A stretch of 57,816 bases of DNA, filler included, from Jimgerdemannia flammicorona (lineage: Eukaryota): assembly GCA_003990765.1 (NCBI GenBank). It is 2 parts of 2 records of this genome, joined end to end, with 100 filler letters (N's around TTAATTAATTAA, not from the genome) between each part and the next. Parts side by side here need not be neighbours in the genome. Positions count along the whole stretch, not along the records: positions 1 to 28,878 come from RBNJ01000538.1; 1 more part is not named here. The stretch is one strand, 5' to 3'. The notes beneath the pieces were generated by a model. That model had not been told where the DNA came from. It ran no database searches and saw only the letters and a program-made list of their open reading frames with translations. The translations under genes and the position numbers were made by a program. Below are positions 1-12,259 of the stretch, piece by piece (the stretch's first letter is position 1; every line of letters starts with the position of its first letter).

Positions 1-3000
1 TTTTTATAGTCTCTTGGACTCCATCTTTATTACCAGTCTATGAATAAGTATACAATATAACCACCCACTAACCAATCCCCATTGGGGGGCCCCACCCCAC
101 CTCCTCACATATAAAGACCACCCTCTCACCAACAACTCCAACTCTCCCACTACTCTGACCACAGATTTTCACCACTAAGCATCGCCTCCGACCCCCCTGC
201 AACCCCCAGCCAAGCCACCATCCCGTCAAGGTATCCTCCATAAGGAACTGCCACCTCGCTAACTGGCTCTCCAAGCTCTGTCGCTTCTCCTCCTCAAATA
301 CAAATAGCCAGTGTCTGGCCAGCCCAACCCAAATAGCCAATGTCCAGCCTAGCATAATCCACTCTTCCCCTACCCCTCCTATCAATTGATCTCTCAGGTC
401 CTCCCACCTCCCCCATACATCATCACCCCTATGCCTTACCCCCAAGCAGTCCCCAATGGTCTGCCAAAAGTCTTCCAAAACCTCACACTCCCCTAGCCAA
501 TGTTCTGGCATCTGTACCAATCCCCCTTCCTGCCCTACATTATGGCACTCCTCGCAGTCAAAGCAGCCCCCGACAACAAGGTGTCCTGAGCAGAAGTTAA
601 GCATCACATTCCTCCTCAGCACATGCTACTAGACTATCCAGTACTTCGGCAGCATCCAATTTTTCACTGTGGCACTCCAGGTCCAAACCCCATGCTAGTC
701 CCACTCCTCACCAATTTCAACTCCTTGCCAACTGCTAGGCCACAGATCCTGGCCTGGTCCCCTTTGGCATTCGATGCTATCACTAATATTGAACTCCAGT
801 AAAGGTACGCCTCTCAGAAGAATGCAGTCCCATCTCCACATCGCCGGGCCCCAAGCCCTCTCCCCCTTATCCCCTCACTAGCGAATACCAATGCGGTGTG
901 CCCCCTTGGCTATACCCCACCAGAAGCCTTTATATCTCAGTTGTGCAGTGTTCTGAAGCCCAACCAATGAGAGAAGATCGCCAGTCAAGCCTCTAGGTGA
1001 CGTCCTCCCCTCCCATATCTTCTGCAGCAAAGGGACCCAGCCCCCTCCATGCAACTCCACCGCCCTCCTCAGCCACCAAGCCCTCAAGCAGTGTAGTCTT
1101 TTGGGGAAGTCCACCAGCCCAAGACCACCTCTTGTCACTGGTAGAGACAGAGTCTCCCAACCAATCTGACTCCGTCTGCCAGCCCAAATCCATCCCTTGG
1201 CCACCTTCACCAATCTCTTCACCACCCAGGCTGGGAAGTCCAGATGATAGGCCAAATACCATAGCTTCGGTAGCCAGTAAACATTCAAAATCGAGATTCT
1301 TCCTGCCAGAGAGAAGTGCCTACCTCCCCAACCCCGCAGGTCCTCCTCCCAAATTCCAATCCTCTGCTCCCACCACAGCCTGGGCAAAACAGACCCATAG
1401 ACTGACAAATAGATGCCCAAGTACCACACTGCCTCTCTGGTGGGGACAATTGTTCCAATAACTTCCCCACCCACCAAGCCATTGCCCAGCACCATTGTCT
1501 CACACTTATGCCAATTCAGCTTTGCCCCAGAGTTCGCCTCATACCACTCCACTGTCTTCTGGAGCTCCTCGACATCCGCAGTCACCCCCAAACCAACCAC
1601 TATGTCATCTGCAAAGGCCCCAACCTTCCAGCCAACTCCATAGATTAATAGTCCCACGATCCTCCGCTGAATCCTGTCCATGAGAGGTTCCAAGGAAAGA
1701 GCATACAAAATGGGGGACAGTGAGTCCCCCTGGGGCACTCCCCTGCCCAGAGGGAAAGCCACCCCTCAATGCCCATTGTACACCAGCGCAGCCCTACTCC
1801 TTTCCAGTAGGCTGACCATTGCCGACCGAAATGAGGCTGGAACTCCAATTCTATCCAATACTTTCGCCAGCCAGACCTGCCATACCCAGTCATAAGCCTT
1901 CTCCTAATCCAAGAAGACAAGATGCCTATCTAGTCCACAGGTTCGAGCACCTTCAATAACTCCATGTACCCAGGCCATGCCATCTCTAATGAGCCAACCC
2001 CCTATGAAGCCCCTCTGTTCAACACCCACAATCTGCTGGGCCACCTTCTGTAGCCTTACAACCACCACCTTAGTCACCAACTTCCTGTCCATATCTTCGG
2101 CCACCAGTTCCTCCAATCCTCTTGCCTTCCTTTATTCTTATAGAGCAGCGTCACCAGCCCAAGGTCTTGCTCTCCCACCCATCTCTCTAACTGCAATACA
2201 GAGTCACACAGTGCTGTCAACTCCCCCAATATGCCTGGGACTCCCACCATTCGCTTCCAGAAGTCCCAGGGGAGGCCATCCTCCCCAGGCACCATACCTG
2301 AGGCTGTCGCAGCAAGAATCTGGTGGATCTCATCCTCCTTTACTGGCATCACCAGATCACCTAGTCCCTCAGCTTGCAGTGGGTGCCAATCTTCCAATGT
2401 TTGGTCAATGGCTGTAGCATCTGCCCCACCCTCCTCCTCACTCCACAATCCACTCCATCGCGCCTTCAGCATTCCAAGGATGTCCTGTACCCCGTGCACT
2501 AGTACATCATTGGAGTCAAGTACTCCTTCCCACCGCTGCTGTACCCTTCTCACCCGAAGTATCCTTGTGAGAAACTTGGAAGGCCTCTCCCCTTCCTCCA
2601 CCCCCTGCCAATGAAGCCGGGCCACCAGGCCCTGCACCCTTGACTCTTCCTCTTCCCGCAGCATCTGTTGCAGTTCCCCAACCTCCATCCTCACCCTCGT
2701 AATTCTCCAATCCTCTTCTCCCTCCACTGTAGCCAGTCTCACTCACTCCTCCAGGAGCCTAGCCAATCTAGTAGAAGCCCAATGTACTTTCTGCCTTCGC
2801 TGCTTCCCAGCCACTCTGCCCACCTCACTCCAATACATCCTGGCCATCTCTTTCATCCTCATCCACCGAACCCCAATCACTGCCCCTTCCTGCCGCCAAT
2901 TCGCCACCTTCAGCTGAATGTCTTTCGCTCACTCCTCCCACTGGGCCTCATCATCCAACAAGGAGGAATTCAGGTGCCAATGTCCAGGCCCATCTCTACT

Positions 3001-3495
3001 TCCCCCAAAAGACCCCTGTCCCAAGAGACCCCAGTGATCCGACCACAGACACCATTCAACCTCTAACACCTTCCAGACATCGTGGCCCCAACAGTCGGCC
3101 GTCAGAATCCAGTCAATCCTTGTTCCCAGACCTCCAGCCCAATGCATATATACTCTCCTGTCCCCCCAGTGCTTCCTACCAGTATCCACCAGTGCTCCTA
3201 GCCTTTCAATCTCCTCCCACGTCACTAACCCCCCACTCCTGCTCTCCACACCCCGTCCTCCATCAGTTCTGTCCAGTCATACATCCCGAACCATATTGAA
3301 ATCTCCTCCAAGCATATCTAACCCAGCTTCAGCAAGGATCCCACTCTCCAGTAGCCCTTTCACCCAATCCACACACTCTCCCCGCACTGCAGGGCAGTAA
3401 CAGGAGCCAACTGTGACCGGCTCCCAACCTGCTCAAATCCACTCACCCCAGACCAGTCTCTCCCCCCAGCTCCTCACATCCTTTATCTCCCCTCT
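1..3495 (-). mobile_element. 5'-truncated L1/Tx1-like LINE (ORF2: AP endonuclease, RT, C-terminal CCHC), disrupted by stops and frameshifts
   Basis: EN motifs CYCPA, GGDFN, TRIDWIL and SDH (~3030-3420). RT motifs QRGFI, FLD, GVPQGDSLSP, FADD and YLG (878-2116). C-terminal CEEC..H..C in ORF 68-622. Poly(T) at 1-5 is the poly(A) tail. GC-rich, with an abrupt switch to AT-rich gypsy DNA at ~3495. Confidence 0.9.
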
Positions 3496-4078
3496 GAAAG
3501 AGACTCTATATAGCTAGAGGAATTATAGACTAAGAATTCAAAGATGAGATTAAGATCCTACAACATAATACTAAACAAAAGTTTATCAAAATTATATATG
3601 GAAAATAAATCATGTAAGCTATTATCAAAGTAATATTTAATGACCATAAAGTAGAAGAAATTAAGGAACTATCAGCCTCTGATAGAGAAGAAAAAGTCTT
3701 TGAATTAACAGAGAAGTACTCTGATAAAGTCAAAAAGAAAACTAAGGTACAGAAGATTGTCCATATTGAAGAACCTCAAGACTGAGACTAGAAATAGTAT
3801 CAGTATATGCTAATAGATATGTCTCTGCAGGATAATGCCTATATAAAATTAAGATATACTGTTTTAAGTACATAAGATAATACATCACATATGTTCTTAA
3901 ATCTAAGAAATATAAACCAATAATTCTAGAATAATGAGATGAAGAAATCAAGAACATTAATGATGAAGATAGAGAAGTACAAGATTGAAAAGAAAAAACT
4001 ATCTTAGAAACTATTATGGCCTAATAAGAAACCAATACAGAATGCATTTACCTTTAAGAAAAGATTGAAGAAAACTCT

Positions 4079-5266
4079 TTTTTTTTTTTTTTGTTTAATG
4101 GACTCATGTCCCACAGATTTTTATTGGAAGAGAACCTAGACTATATAGGCCAAAACCCTCCCCCACCACCCACCAAGCACTGCCCCCCCATTAACCTAGG
4201 CTAGCTATTGTCCAGCAGCTTGACCATGCCAGGCACAGCAGGGCCAATAGGCCCACACCTCATTCTGCATACCATGCTCTCCCTACCACTAGAGGAACCC
4301 AACCATATGCTAACGACCAAAAGCACATGCCTGAGAATTCAACATATATACAAGGCCATGTCCAAGCCAAATAGAATAGCCCCTGCCACCCCAAAGAGAA
4401 TGACAGGCAAAGAAAAAACCCTCATCAAAGCACAACATGGTGGGTAGGGCCTGGTTCTCCCAGTTGAGGTGAGTAAAGGACTTATATGTAAGGCAGGAGA
4501 AAACCCCCAATACCCCACTACTCAAGCCTGTGGGCCTCGATCACGTTGCCATGTCAGCTCCTGGTTCCAGTTGAGTGCAGCCAAGATGTCTGAAATGAGT
4601 AGCCTCAGGCCTCCTGACCCCCCCTGATGACTGGGGCCCAATCCCGCTGACTGCCAAAAGAGGCCAATAGTGACACCTACCACCTAACTGTGCCGTACCA
4701 ATCAAAAGGCCCCACCGAAGCAGCACCTGCCCCAGCCCTGATGACCGCCCCCAGCCTGGCACCCTACTGGTTCACTGTAATCACCCTTCCTCCTATCTGT
4801 GATAGCCATCTCCCCTCCCATCCCGACATCACCTGAAAAACAGTCACCTACACCAGAACCGCGCTTGCTGGGAAGCTTGCCAAAGCCAGAGGGCCCCACC
4901 ACAGGCACCAAGGACCTGCAGGTAACCTACACTGAGCACTTGATGCCCAAGGTTGGCTGACTCCCTACATAGTCTGAGATATACCAAGACAACTCCTTGT
5001 TGGCGATGGCAAAAGGAAGAAGGCACCACACCAAAACGGGTACACTCCAGACACAGCTGAAGGCACCAGAATCCATGAAAAAGTAGAGGAAGCACTGATC
5101 TGACACTGATAAAGGGGCAACTCATCACCATTGCCCTCCTCCCACCATGCCCCTGCAGGCACAGCAAACCAACCCGAGGTAGAGGGGGTAATATTAGGGG
5201 AAAGGGGACTCAGAAGGTTGCCTACCAAACCTTGTGACTGGTAAGGTAGCAGAGAAAGGGACCGTG
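4079..5266 (-). mobile_element. 1.19-kb poly(A)-tailed retroposon (non-autonomous, or a LINE 3' portion) inserted between gag and protease of D
   Basis: T-run at 4078-4092. Exact 17-bp direct repeat AGATTGAAGAAAACTCT at 4062-4078 and 5267-5283. GC-rich compared with flanks. Second copy at 28479-28878. Confidence 0.9.
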
Positions 5267-5670
5267 AGATTGAAGAAAACTCTGTTAAAGTTTTTATTAA
5301 CAGTGGAGTAAGCAAATACTATCTCAATTAAGAAACTGCTGACAAATTCCATCTCAAGATACAAAAGAATCTAGAAGAAAACATTGCCACTTTTAGAAAT
5401 AGAATAATATAAAAACTCTCCAAAATATATAAGAATATACTTCTATAATACTATAAGACAAACCTTCCATATCATGCATCTCTCTAGATATAATCTCATT
5501 TTTAGAAAATTCTGACTTATATAGAAGAATTTCTACATCAATTAGTAAATCAATACAATCTCTCTAAGAGATATTAAGTTATAACCTAAGTATACTAAAA
5601 AGTAATCAAAGCCCAGATGTGATATTATCTCTGCTATTTAGATGAAGAAACTGATTTAAAAACTAGACCA

Positions 5671-5671
<1 letters not shown>

Positions 5672-5705
<34 letters not shown>
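5672..5705. repeat. (TA)17 microsatellite inside D pol
   Basis: Direct reading. Confidence 0.95.
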
Positions 5706-5709
<4 letters not shown>

Positions 5710-8433
5710 AGAATATTCTAGAAGAAGATGATAAAGAACTCTCTAAACTTCTAAAGAATAAAGATGATGAGAAAGACAACCTCCAAAAACTTCTCAAGAA
5801 ATATAAGAACTACTATTAGTTCAAGTAGTAGAATATAGCATTGAGACTATTCTTAGTTTAAACCTACTCTACTGTGAAATCTATTGATTAACCTAACCTA
5901 AGCTAAAAATGCTCAAGGAATAACTAGCAGATTTGATAAGCAAAGATCTCATTCATTTATCAAAATTACTATATAGTATACTAATTCTCTTTATCTATAA
6001 GAAGGATAGAAGCCTTTATATATATATTAATTATTGAGTACTCATTAAGATTTCAATCAAGAACTGATATATACTTCTAAGAATTAATGAACTACTCAAC
6101 TAAATATATAAGGTCAAAACCTTCTCACTCATTGATCTTATATCTAGATACTACCAAATCTATATCAAAGAAGAAGATATCTCTAAGATAGCTTTTCAAA
6201 TAATATTTGAACATTATGAATTCTATATAATATTATTCAATCTCATCAATATACTAGTAATATTTCAAATACTGATGAATGACATCTTTTGAAAATATCT
6301 CAGAATATTTATTCTGATCTACTTGGATGATATCTTAGTATATAATATAAGTAACATTATTTACTGATAATATCTATAAATATTCTTTAACATACTCTAT
6401 AAATACAAGCTCTTAGTAAAAAGGAAAAAATACTATTTCTTTAAGAAGGAATAAAATATCTAGGCTATATTATTTCTGAAAATAATATTGCTATCAATTT
6501 CAAGAAGATCCAAGAAATCTGCAATTGGTCTATTCTGAAGACTCTCAAGTCTCTATAAGAATTCAATAGACTAACAGGATATTATAGGAGATTTATTTAA
6601 GGATTCTCTACAATTGCTACCCTACTCACAAATCTTACTAAGAAAGATACTAATATTAAAAAAGAATGAACAGAAGAATATACTATAGTAATAAATACTC
6701 TTAAAAAAATACTGACTGATATACTAATCCTGATTAGTCCTGATCTAGCAGAACTCTTCATAGTTACTACTAATGCTTCAAACATTACTATTAGAGCTGT
6801 TCTGACTCAATACAAATACTCTATTGCCTATCTATCTCAGAAACTTAATGAATATGAAAGAAACTATACTATATAAGACAAAGAACTTCTTATAGTTATC
6901 TGATCTCTATAGATATAAAGATATTTTCTCTTCAGCAAAACATTCATCTTATGGACTGACTATCAAGCTCTCTAATATATTCAGATACAGCTAATATTTA
7001 CAGAAAGACAGATCTGATAGATATAGATCCTTATACTATTTAATATTAAAATTAAGTATATTTCTAGAACTAAGAATGAAGTGGCTAATGTACTCTCCTG
7101 AAGTACTCAGAAAGATGACCTCACTACAATTAGTAATATTGTCACTAGTCTATTTGAAGAATTCAAGAAGGAGTATATCAAAGATACTAATATATAAGAA
7201 ATTATTAGACAAATTCTCAAAAAAGATAGTAATATTATGAAAAATGGTCTATAAGAATATATCTATCCAAAATAGATATATGTATTTTGACAATACTAGA
7301 ATCTGAGTCTCAGATACCTCTATCTATTTATGAATCCTATAAGAACTACATAATACACCTATAGCTAAATATATGGGTTTTGACAAGATATACCAATATA
7401 TTGTCTAAGACTTCTACTGGCCCAAAATGATATTTGATATCAAGAACTACATTGCCTTATGATGTCTACCAAAGATATAAGTCCAGCAATCAAGCACCAG
7501 CTAGTACTCTACAACTGCTACCAATTTCTACCTAGAATTAAGACTACATTAGAATAAACTTTATTGTTTAGTTGTCAAAAACTAAGAAGAGAAAAGATAC
7601 AATTGTTATTTTTATCAATTATCTCAGCAAGCAGACTCACTTTATTATAATAACCACTACTGTAACAGTACTAGAAATAGTATAACTATTTATTGATAAT
7701 GTATTTCATCTTCATGAACTACTCTCAGCAATTATCTCAGACTGAGATATAAGGTTTATAAGTAACTTTTAGCAAGTACTTTTCAAGAGCTTAAGAGTGT
7801 AATTGAAAATATCTATAGTATACTATTTGCAAACAGATGGTCAGACAGAAAGAACTAATCAAACTCTGAAACAGATACTTAATATCTATTGTAGCTATAA
7901 GCAAAATGACTGGAATGAAAAACTGACTCTAGCTAAATTTACATATAATAACATCTCAAGTATAAGTACTAAAATGATATTATTTTACTTAAATTATAGA
8001 AAATACTCACAGACTCCTATAGTTATTATCTGAACTATAGTACCTATAATATAAGAAATTACTGATACATATTATACAAAGCAATATTCAGTAAGTATGA
8101 GATGCTCTCATAGAAGCACAAAGAATATAAATAGTATATACTGATAAAAATAAAAGAGAAGTCATCTATGAAATAAGAGAATAAGTATTACTCAGTACTT
8201 AGTATCTAACTCTAAGTAATACAGGCTCTAAAAAAAAGCTTAGACTCTACTATATTGGATTATTCAAGATCTTTAAAAAATATAGACCTGTTGTGTATAA
8301 GTTAGACCTCCCAATAATACTAGGAAGAATTCACCTAATATTTTATATATTTCAACTTTAGCTATATACTTCAAATACCTTTGAAGAAAGAACTATACTA
8401 TTTCTGAATCTAGTAATTATTGATCAGTAATTA

Positions 8434-8615
8434 GAATATAAAGTTGATCACATTCTAGATTATAAAGATTATTAATTTAGATGAGCTACCAAGCCTATCT
8501 AGTACTATTTTATAAAATAGAAATGATATTCTGAATATAACATTATTTGGGAAAAAAGAAGATAATCTTTTGTCAAATATAGAAGAAGTAGTAGCTCAAT
8601 ATAGAAATCTGATAT
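8434..8615 (+). pseudogene. Integrase C-terminal chromodomain remnant
   Basis: Manual translation EYKVDHILDYK...YYFIK*K*YSEYNIIWE..DNL matches the chromodomain pattern EYxVxxIL...YxxKWxGY....WE. The stops are explained by single transitions or substitutions. Confidence 0.8.
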
Positions 8616-9204
8616 AATAGAAATTCTGATAGAATTTCCAAAAAACAGTCATACCTCTGAATAATTCTACAAAGAGAGTATAAATATTCTGAATAATTCT
8701 ACATAGACTACTTACCTCTTCTAATATAAGTATCTCTAAGAACAAGTCAAGAATAAGATTACTGCTACTATCCTAAGAGCAATTGAATGCCAATAAAATT
8801 CTACTAACCCACTATCTGATAATATTTAAATCTCTAGAGACTCTGATCCAAATGAAGCTCAATAATATTTTGAAAGGATATACCATTTCTAGACTTTTTA
8901 CTATTAATAAGAACTTAAGAAGTACTATGAGATAAGATACCTCATCTATCAACAAGCTACCCTCAGTACTACTAAACAACAAGCTCACCTTTTTATCAAC
9001 AACTATACTTATATAATCACTAAGAAACTCTATGTCCTAAGTTCTTAACCACCTCTATAAAGTATCTTCTGAAAATATTGCCAATTTGAGTAATGAACAA
9101 TAGAGTGAAATTATTTCTTAGTCCAGTATACTGTCTTTAGTTTGATAAATATCTAGAGTTTAGTGCTAAGTTTAATAAGTAGGCTTAAGTAAAGAAGAAA
9201 AGAA

Positions 9205-9538
9205 TATAATGAATTATTACAAGTCTCTGGAATTTCTATAAAAATTCTTATTGAATTTCCAGCTAGTAGTTATAGTTATCCAAAGTAGTATAACTATATA
9301 TAGATATACTCAGTATATTATATTTAGTTATAGCCTTTAAATATATATAAATATTCTTTATATTGAGTATATTATAACCTCAGCTCTACTTTCTCTATAT
9401 ATAAGAATAAAGCAGTATTCTCATCAATAACCCTCAGACTTAACTTGTTAATGATTCTAAGTCTGATCAACTTAAAATATAAGTACAGCTATTTTTACCT
9501 ATATAAGAACTTGAAAGTAATATCTAAACTTTATTACA
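9205..9538 (+). repeat. 3' LTR of chromovirus D (~334 bp), preceded by a polypurine tract at 9191-9204
   Basis: AAAGAAGAAAAGAA followed by TATAATG (decayed TGTAATG). Ends in TATTACA, the matching inverted terminus. Internal TATATAAG and AATAAA. Confidence 0.7.
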
Positions 9539-10081
9539 TTAGATAACTTAAAACTCAGTACTTTCTCAAAGAACTCAGAACCTAAGACTGATAGTTACTA
9601 TTGATTATCTACAATATATTAATTCTATCAGTATATAGTTTTATTATAATATACTATTAGATAGTTTTTATAAATTATATAGATATATACTATCAAAGAT
9701 CAAATAGCTAAAATAATATTTATAAAAAAAAATCTACTCAGAAATAGTTATTACTATTTAATTCTTATCAATAGTCTTTAATCTATTATAAAAAGTAACC
9801 TATATCTAATAATACTGAATAGTTAGATATGTATATATCTCTAAGATCAGATAATAAAGAGAGTTATAGAAGTTAAAATTGAAGTATCTAAAATTATTAA
9901 TATAATCTCTATAACTTTTATTAATTATATAAAATATATCTCAGCTCAAGACTATATAGTAGTAAAAGAATAGTAACTCTATGAAAGAACTTATCAAGAA
10001 GTTTACTGAAATAACTATATACATACTTAAGAGATATAATAAAGAAATTTCAATAAAGAGATTACTGTCTAGTTCAAATAT
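9539..10081 (+). pseudogene. gag fragment of old Ty3/gypsy C (relative of the A/B family), left part
   Basis: MKELIKKFTEITI..YLRDIIK at ~9980-10045 aligns by eye to VEELAKQFTEMTAYLGDVIR of element A gag. Confidence 0.65.
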
Positions 10082-10324
10082 TGTTATATAGTAGTTACTG
10101 AGTTCTTCAAATATATCAGATTCTCTTCAAGGTATATCTCTTAGACTAACTATAAGTTTGTTATAAGTAAGTTCTTATTGGAGTACCTTCTTAAGGTCTT
10201 ATATATAGTCCTCAAACTTCTTATCTTTAAACTGTCTTATTATCTCTTAGATTGCTTATGTAGAATTGAGTATAAGTAAACTTAACTGACTTTATTTCAA
10301 AGGAAATAAAAGAGGTATATATAT

Positions 10325-11896
10325 TATCATGTAGTAGTCACTGAGTCCTTCAAATATGCCAGATTCTCTTCAAGATATATCTCTTAGACTAACTTAAGTT
10401 TGTTATAAGCAAGTTCTTATTGGAGTGCCTTCCCAAGGTCTTATAGTCCTCAAACTTCTTATCTTTAACTGTCTTGTTATCTCTTAGATTGCTTGCAAGA
10501 AAGTGTGTATAAGTGAAACCAGAACTGACTTTATTTCAGAGGAAATAAGAGGGATATTTATACAAAATATAATTCAATAGTTGCTAAGATATAAAGCTAA
10601 ATATAAATTTCAATAACTAAAACTACTAAGTTCCAGGGTCGGCACTGATGGTTGTACAGGTTCAGGATGCCGGTATTATTTGGTATCACATCAAAATGCT
10701 GGTACTGGAACAATTTTGCATCACCTCAGAATACTGGTGCTGACATTATCCAGTATTACATGAGAATACTGGTGCTGGTATTATCCAGTATAATAAAAAA
10801 CTTAGAGCAGAAAGTTCAGGATCATGGGAGCTTCATTATTATCATCATCATCATCACTAAAGGAGATGAGATCTGTGAATTCATCATACAGGTCATATAT
10901 TTTGCATACTTCAGATATGTCGTGTGTCTTGCATATGTCAAAGTTGCACAGGATGACATCATTGCCAATGACATCATCACATTTGGTGGTGGGAAAATTG
11001 GGAACAAGGAGATCCGGAGCTCTCTAGTCTATGAGATTCTCTTCCACAAAATAGGGAACCAATGTGGTCTTGGGGAGGTCTAACCTGGATGCTTGGGCCT
11101 TAGAATACTGAGATCAATCCTTACAGGAATTGATCTGGATTGTCCTGAAGGATAGGATGCCAGAAGTCTTCTACTTCTTCACTGTTGAGAGTGATAGTGG
11201 ACTGGGCTTCTATAGCCACCCTGGCTTCTAATACATTGATATAGCAGGATGACAGATCTCTGAAGTCTGAGACTCTAACATACTCCAAGTTGGGGATTGA
11301 CTATGGTGCATGCCTGAAGATCTGATGGATCTTCTTAGCTGTCCTCGTTTCATATATATCCATGGGAGTGGCATCTTGTAGCTCTTGAGTGCTGGCCTGT
11401 AGGAACTCCTGGTAGAGGAGGTTTCCTATTTCATACTCCTGCCATATTTGGAGGCATTCGGTAGCAATGGTGATCCTTGTTTCCATCTCACAGCAGTAGA
11501 GGATAAAGTGATAAGGGTCTGCAGTACCCAGGTTGACATTGGGAGTCCTTCTTGAGCAGGTCTCCATGGCTCTTCTGATGTCTTAGAACATCCTTTCTTC
11601 AACTGAGGTATCTTGATGGTTCCTTGACCTTGAGGTTTGGCAGGCAGCAGGCATTTCATTTGTGGTAAGTCTTTGAGCTATTTTGGGATTGGTGGTTCTT
11701 GTTGGTTGCTGCTACTGCAGTTTCTTGATTCTTCTTTTATATTCTTCAGAATACTTATACTGTGGTCACAATGACTTACAGTTGGTCATCATTGCTCATC
11801 TTGTATGCCATATGATCTTCTTGTACTCTGATCTGGTAGCTTGCAAGGAAAGGCTGTCTCCTGTACTGATGTCATCATTCTGGGGTCACTGTTACA
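10325..11896 (-). repeat. 3' LTR of A (~1.57 kb)
   Basis: Direct repeat of 17595-19153, differing mostly by transitions. TATAAATA at 10555-10562 and AATAAA at ~10530-10535 on the - strand. Confidence 0.95.
10802..11654 (-). pseudogene. Orphan ~280-aa ORF inside LTR U3 (other copies at 18061-18911, ~19323-20153, ~26496-27318)
   Basis: MPAACQTSRSRNHQDTSVEERMF(Q)DIRRAMETCSRRTPNVNLG...EEVEDFWHPIL...DDDDEAPMILNFLL*. Internal stops are transition-derived (mostly CAA>TAA), plus a small frameshift per copy. TATAAAAG about 80 bp upstream (11734-11741). Confidence 0.7.
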
Positions 11897-12259
11897 TCTT
11901 CCTCCTAAATAAGGATCTTCTTGAGCATCCTTATTCATTAGTCTAGTCCTGAAAAATTTGCTGATCCCATAACCTCTGGCAAGGGGTCGAAAAGTGGTGT
12001 TTATGGGCTGGTGTCTTCCCTTTGTATTTTGGCATAATGGTGAAGAGTTGCTCCCTTATATAGAGCAAGAGCCTGATTCTGATCTTGACCAATCAGTTGA
12101 CAGTTTGAACTTCTCTGACTTCAAAAGTCTCATGGATGAGTAGTTGTCAGTGCCATATCCCTTAGAGAATAGTCCAGATAGATAGCCTGCTGGTTACAGA
12201 ACATACTGTTATGATTTGTAGACTAGAACCTCACAGGCGGTCATTACATTTTGCTTCTC

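Larger units (their letters stand above)
3496..9538 (+). mobile_element. Heavily decayed chromovirus (Ty3/gypsy) D: gag remnant, PR, RT, RH, IN, chromodomain, PPT, 3' LTR
   Basis: Protease VFINSG(V)S at ~5284-5315 (D>N). RT ILIYLDDILVY at ~6311-6343. RNase H TNAS...NEVANVLS. Integrase QTDGQTERTNQTL (ORF 7803-8033). Chromodomain at 8434-8615. PPT and LTR at the end. The 5' part lies outside the window. Confidence 0.85.

Noticed and set aside
4624..4760. Two CTGATGA motifs in the retroposon as possible hammerheads
   Set aside because: No stem II closed by GAAA at a suitable distance.
10652..11083. 143-aa + strand ORF in the LTR
   Set aside because: Antisense shadow of the U3 ORF; the poly-Ile run mirrors the poly-Asp codons. 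Not conserved in the other LTRs.
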